A stretch of DNA of 64,000 bases, taken from the NCBI RefSeq assembly GCF_009914755.1, contig NC_060930.1. One strand, given 5' to 3'. The translations under genes and the position numbers were made by a program. Below the pieces are notes generated by a model. The model searched no databases. It saw only the letters and a list, made by a program, of their open reading frames with translations, and was not told the origin of the DNA. Origin of the DNA: the human T2T-CHM13v2.0 reference genome, Homo sapiens. Positions 58,113-64,000 of the stretch are shown here, piece by piece (positions within the stretch are counted from its first letter, which is position 1; each line of letters starts with the position of its first letter).

Positions 58113-59449
58113 AAATTGCGCCTTGGTCATCCCTCTATGTTCACGCCCTAGTTCAGCTGTTCACATACTTTTTTTTTCACCATCCAACATGCCTGGGTAC
58201 TAGGAAAGTTACCTCTTTTAGTAACAGAGGCTCATTAAAGCATTTAAGGGGGCAAGGGAGTACTTCATGAGAGCAATGAAGTAGATATCTTCTAGGAAAG
58301 CATGTCAGAATCTCACTGGGAGGGAAAAGCTAAGAAAACTTGTGTGGGTTGAAAAATCCCTGCAGCTATTTCTCATCTCCAACCCCCTTGATGGTCAGAG
58401 ACTTTTATCAAGATTTTTCCTTTCTCCTTGGTAATACAGAAGTAACGTCTAATTCCACATCACATCATTCCGTATTAAATAAGGGTCCTTGCTTTCCTTG
58501 ATGCCCATCTTCAGATCAAGTCTGGTTTTATTGTTTTTGGCCAAAATCTGTTGCAGAACTTACACAGTAAAAGTGTTCTCTAACCTTATCTTTCTGATGA
58601 ATTACAGCTTAAGAGTGTGTACCTAAGAATGCTAAAAAAAGAAAAATAATATTTTAGAGGCAATTCTAAAAATACATTATTACATGTATTATATTGTCAT
58701 ATCTAAAATAGCTTTAGCTCTGATTTTTAAACAGGTATTTCAAATATAGCCTCTTAAATTTATTTACTTGTCAGTGTTAGGCAAGAAACAACTTACTTTT
58801 GTGACTAAAGCATTGATCTCAAGTAAATATTAATTGAAATTTATTTGAAAAACATCTGACATGGATCCAAGCAGATTAAATGAGGAAAAAATATATCCAG
58901 AAACTGCTTCGTCAAGCCTCCAAATGCAGGAGCATTGGCTCAAGGAAGATGGCCAGCTGGTCAAAAAAGCTTGAGTTTGAGAAAACTCACTGTATTCAGA
59001 GTCTAAGCTACTATGATCACTTTGATTTTCAAGTACCACCTTTCTGGAGGTCTAGCGGGAAATATTTTATGTTAAATGAAAATATCAATCCACAAAGAAA
59101 AATAAAAACCAATTAATGCAACCATCAGAAGTGAACAAGCAATTTAAGCACTCTTCTTTTAAAATACGGTGAACATTTCTTCTACAATTATCTTTCTTCA
59201 ATTAGTACCTTTTGTTATGGGTTTATGGTAGATTTTCTTTTTAAAGGCAGGATAAAATGTTAAAAAATGCGACTTTAATCTTATTAGACTGGTTTTGCTG
59301 TTGTTGTTAAATAGTGCTTTAAGAATTGAAAGATTAACTTGAAAAGTGGGAAACAAACTATTAACAAAATATTTAACTCATTTAGTACAAGGAAATGGTC
59401 TGTTTAACTCAAAAAATATATATGAGCATTCAAAATTCACTCTGTCTTC

Positions 59450-59570
59450 AAAGTGATGGATATTCTAATTATCTGATTTGATCATTTACACATTGTATGC
59501 ATGTGTCAAGATATCACTCTGTATCCCATAAATATATACATGTTTTATGTGTCAACTAAAAAAGAAAACA
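59450..59570 (+). mobile_element. L1MA 3' end fragment
   Basis: ctgatttgatcatttacacattgtatgcatgt...cccataaatatataca. Confidence 0.7.
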
Positions 59571-59689
59571 CTTGATAACAAACAAAAAAATAAACAAACC
59601 AAAAGCACATATATCAGGCAACTACCTGGGGATGGGCTTTGACTCAGTAATGGAACTCATGTGTTCTCTCAAGAAGTTTATATCAAGTG

Positions 59690-59970
59690 TCATTTCCTCA
59701 AGCAAGACTTTAATACCCTGCAGACCAGATTAGGTTCTTCTAACTCTCCCTTACAGCACCCTGTTCTTCTCTTTTACATAACTTGGTAAAGATGCCTCCA
59801 AGTAATTTGTTGTATAATGAATCAATACCTATCTTCTTCAAGAACATTAGCTTCATCAGGGAGGTCACTGTATTTTGTTCACTAATGAATCCTCAGAAGT
59901 TCCAGAGGTGCCCGGCACAGAGAACATGCCCAATAATTATGTACAGAATGACTAAACAAATGAATATCAA
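59690..59970 (+). mobile_element. L2 3' end
   Basis: gtgcccggcacagag...aataatta...gaatgactaaacaaatgaat. Confidence 0.6.
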
Positions 59971-59981
59971 TAAAAGAGAGT

Positions 59982-60349
<368 letters not shown>

Positions 60350-60449
60350 CTAATTGGTAAGGGAAATATTCGTGGAGTGGAAAGATTTCTTTTTTTCAGA
60401 ATCACATATTGATAAATTGTGTCTTTAAAAAGGGTAATGAGTTATTTTT

Positions 60450-60609
60450 AAACAGCTTGATTGATGTATAACTGATTTAAAATATATATGTTTAATATAT
60501 ACCATTTGATGAGCTTTGAACTTATGCATGCACCCATGATACCATCACCTCAGTCAAGGTAATAAATATATCCATCACCTCCAAGTTCCCTGTGTTCATG
60601 TGTGTGTGT

Positions 60610-60640
<31 letters not shown>

Positions 60641-60835
60641 ATAAGAACAGTTAATATCAAGATATTCCCTCAAAATTTTAAGTGTATAATCCCTATTACT
60701 ATAATACCAACAATATAGTATTATTGATAAGTACTGTGTTGATTGGCAGATCTTTAGATTTTATTTTGTTTGCATAATTGAAACTTGACACCCACTGAGC
60801 AACAAACTTCCCAATATCCCCTCCCCTCAGCTCCT
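60450..60835 (-). mobile_element. L1MA9/10-like 3' end with (TG)n at 60599-60640
   Basis: accatcacctcagtcaaggtaataaa; ccccctcagctcctgg. Confidence 0.65.
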
Positions 60836-60869
60836 GGATGGGGATTTCTTAAAGATCTTTCTTTGTTGT

Positions 60870-61960
60870 TTATAATATTCTTATTGAGGTATAATAGACA
60901 TATAATAAACTGCATATGTTTAATGTGTACAACTTAATAGTTTTGAAATCTGTGTATACCAATGAAGCCACAGCTATAATCAAGATATTCATTATCTCAA
61001 ATAATTGTCCTTGTGCCCCTTTGTAATTTCTTTCTCCTGTCTTTCCCTGGGTTCTAGTCTCCAGACAATCACTGATGTCTTTTCCGTAACTCTGGATTAG
61101 TTTGCATTTTCTAAAATGTTATATGAATGGAATCATACAGCATGTACTTTTTTGTCTGGCTTTTCTCACGCAGCATAATTATTTAAAAAATTACTGCTGT
61201 TGTTGCCTATATTAATAATGTATTCCTTTTTATTACTGAGTGGTATTACATTATATGGCTACATCACAATTGACTTACATTTACCTGTTGATGAATATTT
61301 AGGCTGTTTCCAATTTTTAGCTATTACCAATCAAGTTGCTATGAACAACTGTATGTAAGTCATGTGTGGATATATGCTTTCATTTCTTTTGCATAAAAAG
61401 ACTCAAAAATAGAATGGCTGAATGTTAGTATATACATATATGTATATACATACATAAGTATGTACACATAAACATACGTGCATATGTACAGGCATATGTG
61501 TGTATATATAAATTTGTATTATATATTTGTATAATTAAATATTTAAGAAAGTTTATTAAAAGTCTTCTCATTTTACATTTCCAATCACAATTTGTGACAG
61601 TTCCAGTTGCTCCACATCCTCACAAAACTTCGTGTGATCAGTTTCTTGAATTGTACACATGATAGGTATACAGTGGTATCTCATGGCTTTAATTTGCATT
61701 TTCCTACTAACTAATGATGTTGGGTGTCTTGTCATGTGCATATTTCTATCCATACATTTTTGGTGAAGAATTTCTTCACATATTTTTCTCCCTTTTTCAT
61801 TATTTTTATTTCTTATTGAGCTTTGAGAGTTCTTTATATATTTGGGAAACAAGTCTTTTATTAGACAAATGATTTACAAAATGTACAATTAGTCTTATTT
61901 GCTTTTCATTCTCTTAACAGCGTCTTTTGATGAGCAGGAGTTTTTAATTTTTATGAAACC
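60870..61960 (-). mobile_element. L1MB/MC-type 3' region
   Basis: atgaatggaatcatacag; gttccagttgctccacatcctc; ttaatttgcatttt. Confidence 0.75.
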
Positions 61961-63565
61961 AGAGTCATGGCTTAAACACTGAAGAAGCTGTGGAGAATTT
62001 TGCCTGGCTGGGGAGTTGTTTGCTTTTTGATTTACCAAAAGGTAGTGGAGTCACTGCCGAAACTTGAATCTGCATCACTAGGCATCACACTTCCCTCTCA
62101 GAGTTACTTTTCAAACTAGAAAAGTAGAGCAATGATCTCTCTAAGGCATTGTACTGTGTACACTTCCTGAGCCTGAACAACACGTTAGTATTAGGCATTC
62201 ACTTCTGAATAGACAACCTGTCTCAGAAGACCACTATTCACTCAAGTGTGTTACTTATTTTCAGCTCCATATCTCTGCAGGTTCAATGGTGAAAAATCCA
62301 ATAAGAAATATAGTTTAGAAAGAAGTTGCCACCTTTGTAGTTCTGCAGACTTAATGTGGACTATAGAAAATCTATTCCCTAGGCATTTGGCTAATTGAAC
62401 ACGGTCATCAAGATTAGCATGTCCCTTTGTTCTTGCAAAATCAGTCGGAATAAGCCATTAACTTTCTATTAGACTAGCATTAGTGGATTCAGTGTGTTGA
62501 TCCCCTTCAGATAGAAAATTTATATGCAATAAATAATTTAACATTGAAATTTACATTACACATAAGTTTCCTGGTGTGATATCAGGGATTATTATCTGGA
62601 ACAAATTACAGGCAAAACAATTTTTTGTACAATAGCCATACACCAAAAGTAGAATTTAAAAATTACCATTAGACCAACAAACCCTAAACTGACATTAGAC
62701 ACTATTAATTCAGAAGAAAAAAATAATCAACTGTCTTATTAAACATTGACACAAAATTCTAAGTTATATTTGGAAAATCAATATGTTTTCTGAAATTGAA
62801 GGAAAGCCAATAACAAGGAAAATCTTCACAAAGTCTTTAAAATATACTTATTTAAAACTAGGTATGCCCCTTTAACGACATTTGACCTTGCTTGTGAAGA
62901 CAGCATCATTCCAGATTAAAACAAAAGAAGAGATTCAGCATTAGAATATACATCAGAAAAATATGTAATAATCTATGTCAGAGGAAGAGCAAAAACATAG
63001 ACATTACTAGAAGAATAAAACATATATACCTTTCTAGATTTAGAATTATATGGCTTTATATTTTCTTTTCATCTCAATATATTTTCTTTCCTAATAGAAA
63101 TCCTGCTAAAAAAAAACTACAATCAAGGACAATATATGATAATGAAGGTAGATTCCCAGAAGTGTCTTCTAATCTATGGCTGCTTCTTGAATAAGAAAAT
63201 GAGAGAGGAAGATGCATTATTGCCACATTAAGCAATTAAGGGAATATCAAATTAGAGTGTCCAAAGAATGTTAAAAGTTGGCATAGTAAAATTTTTTCTC
63301 TGTCTTGAGTCAACCATCACTCACTTTATTCACAATACTTTTTAAATAACATCAGTACAACTTTCCTCTCAGCTTTCAAAGGAAGTATAAACAACACTTT
63401 CTCCTGGACCTACAGAGTGAAAAAAAAAATTCTATTTCCACTTCCACCAAGATCTAAGCCACATTTGCTCAGATCTGGCAGATAATTTCTTGCCAAGTCA
63501 CAGAATTCACCCACAAAACAACTTCCAGAAAATCAGTGCATCAGTGTGTCAAATCAGAAGTTACG

Positions 63566-63735
63566 GGCCAGGCTCCAAGGCTCATGTCTGTAGTCACAGC
63601 TACTCAGGAGGCTGAGGCAGGAAAATCACTTGAGTTTCATAGTTCAAGGCTACCGTGAGCTATCATGGTGTCACTGCACTCCAGCCTGGGCAACAGCAAG
63701 ACCCCATTTCTAAAATAAAATTTTAAAAAATTAAA
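63566..63735 (+). mobile_element. FRAM / AluJ right monomer
   Basis: Single right-arm monomer with A-rich tail. Confidence 0.8.
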
Positions 63736-64000
63736 AGTTGTGGTCTGGCAGGTGCGTAATATGTCACCAGCATGGAAACCAAGGAACCTGGGTTTTGGTC
63801 ATTAACTATCTCTGTCAGGTAGCCACCCACAACATAAGAGAGCCACCTTGGAAGACATCATCTGAGTAGAATGGGATAGATTTATTTTCCCGTCCTCCTC
63901 CAAAAATCTTAGAACTGAAATCAAGTCGGAAGTGGGGCTCTGGTGGGTACTGATCCTTCTGACTGCAATAACAAAAGCATCACAAAATCCAGGTTATCCA

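Overview
AT-rich primate (human-like) intergenic or intronic DNA made mostly of interspersed repeats: L1 of several ages, Alu, L2/MIR, MaLR and ERV LTRs, and hAT and Tigger DNA transposons. I could not recognise an intact protein-coding gene; most long ORFs in the track are L1 or Alu remnants. The most notable non-repeat signal is a heavily decayed, intronless copy of the SOS1 N-terminus (tandem histone folds into the start of the DH domain) at about 56.33-56.96 kb (+), recognised by collinear motifs across frameshifts. Other points: an L1PA that lost about 1.3 kb of ORF2 at a TSD-less AluY insertion, a twin-primed (5'-inverted) L1PB1 with a 15-bp TSD, a chimeric AluS/AluY, a Charlie-type transposase fossil, divergent CTCF-like motifs, local tandem duplications and several minus-strand non-coding exon candidates. 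All family assignments come from recalled consensus sequences, not from searches.
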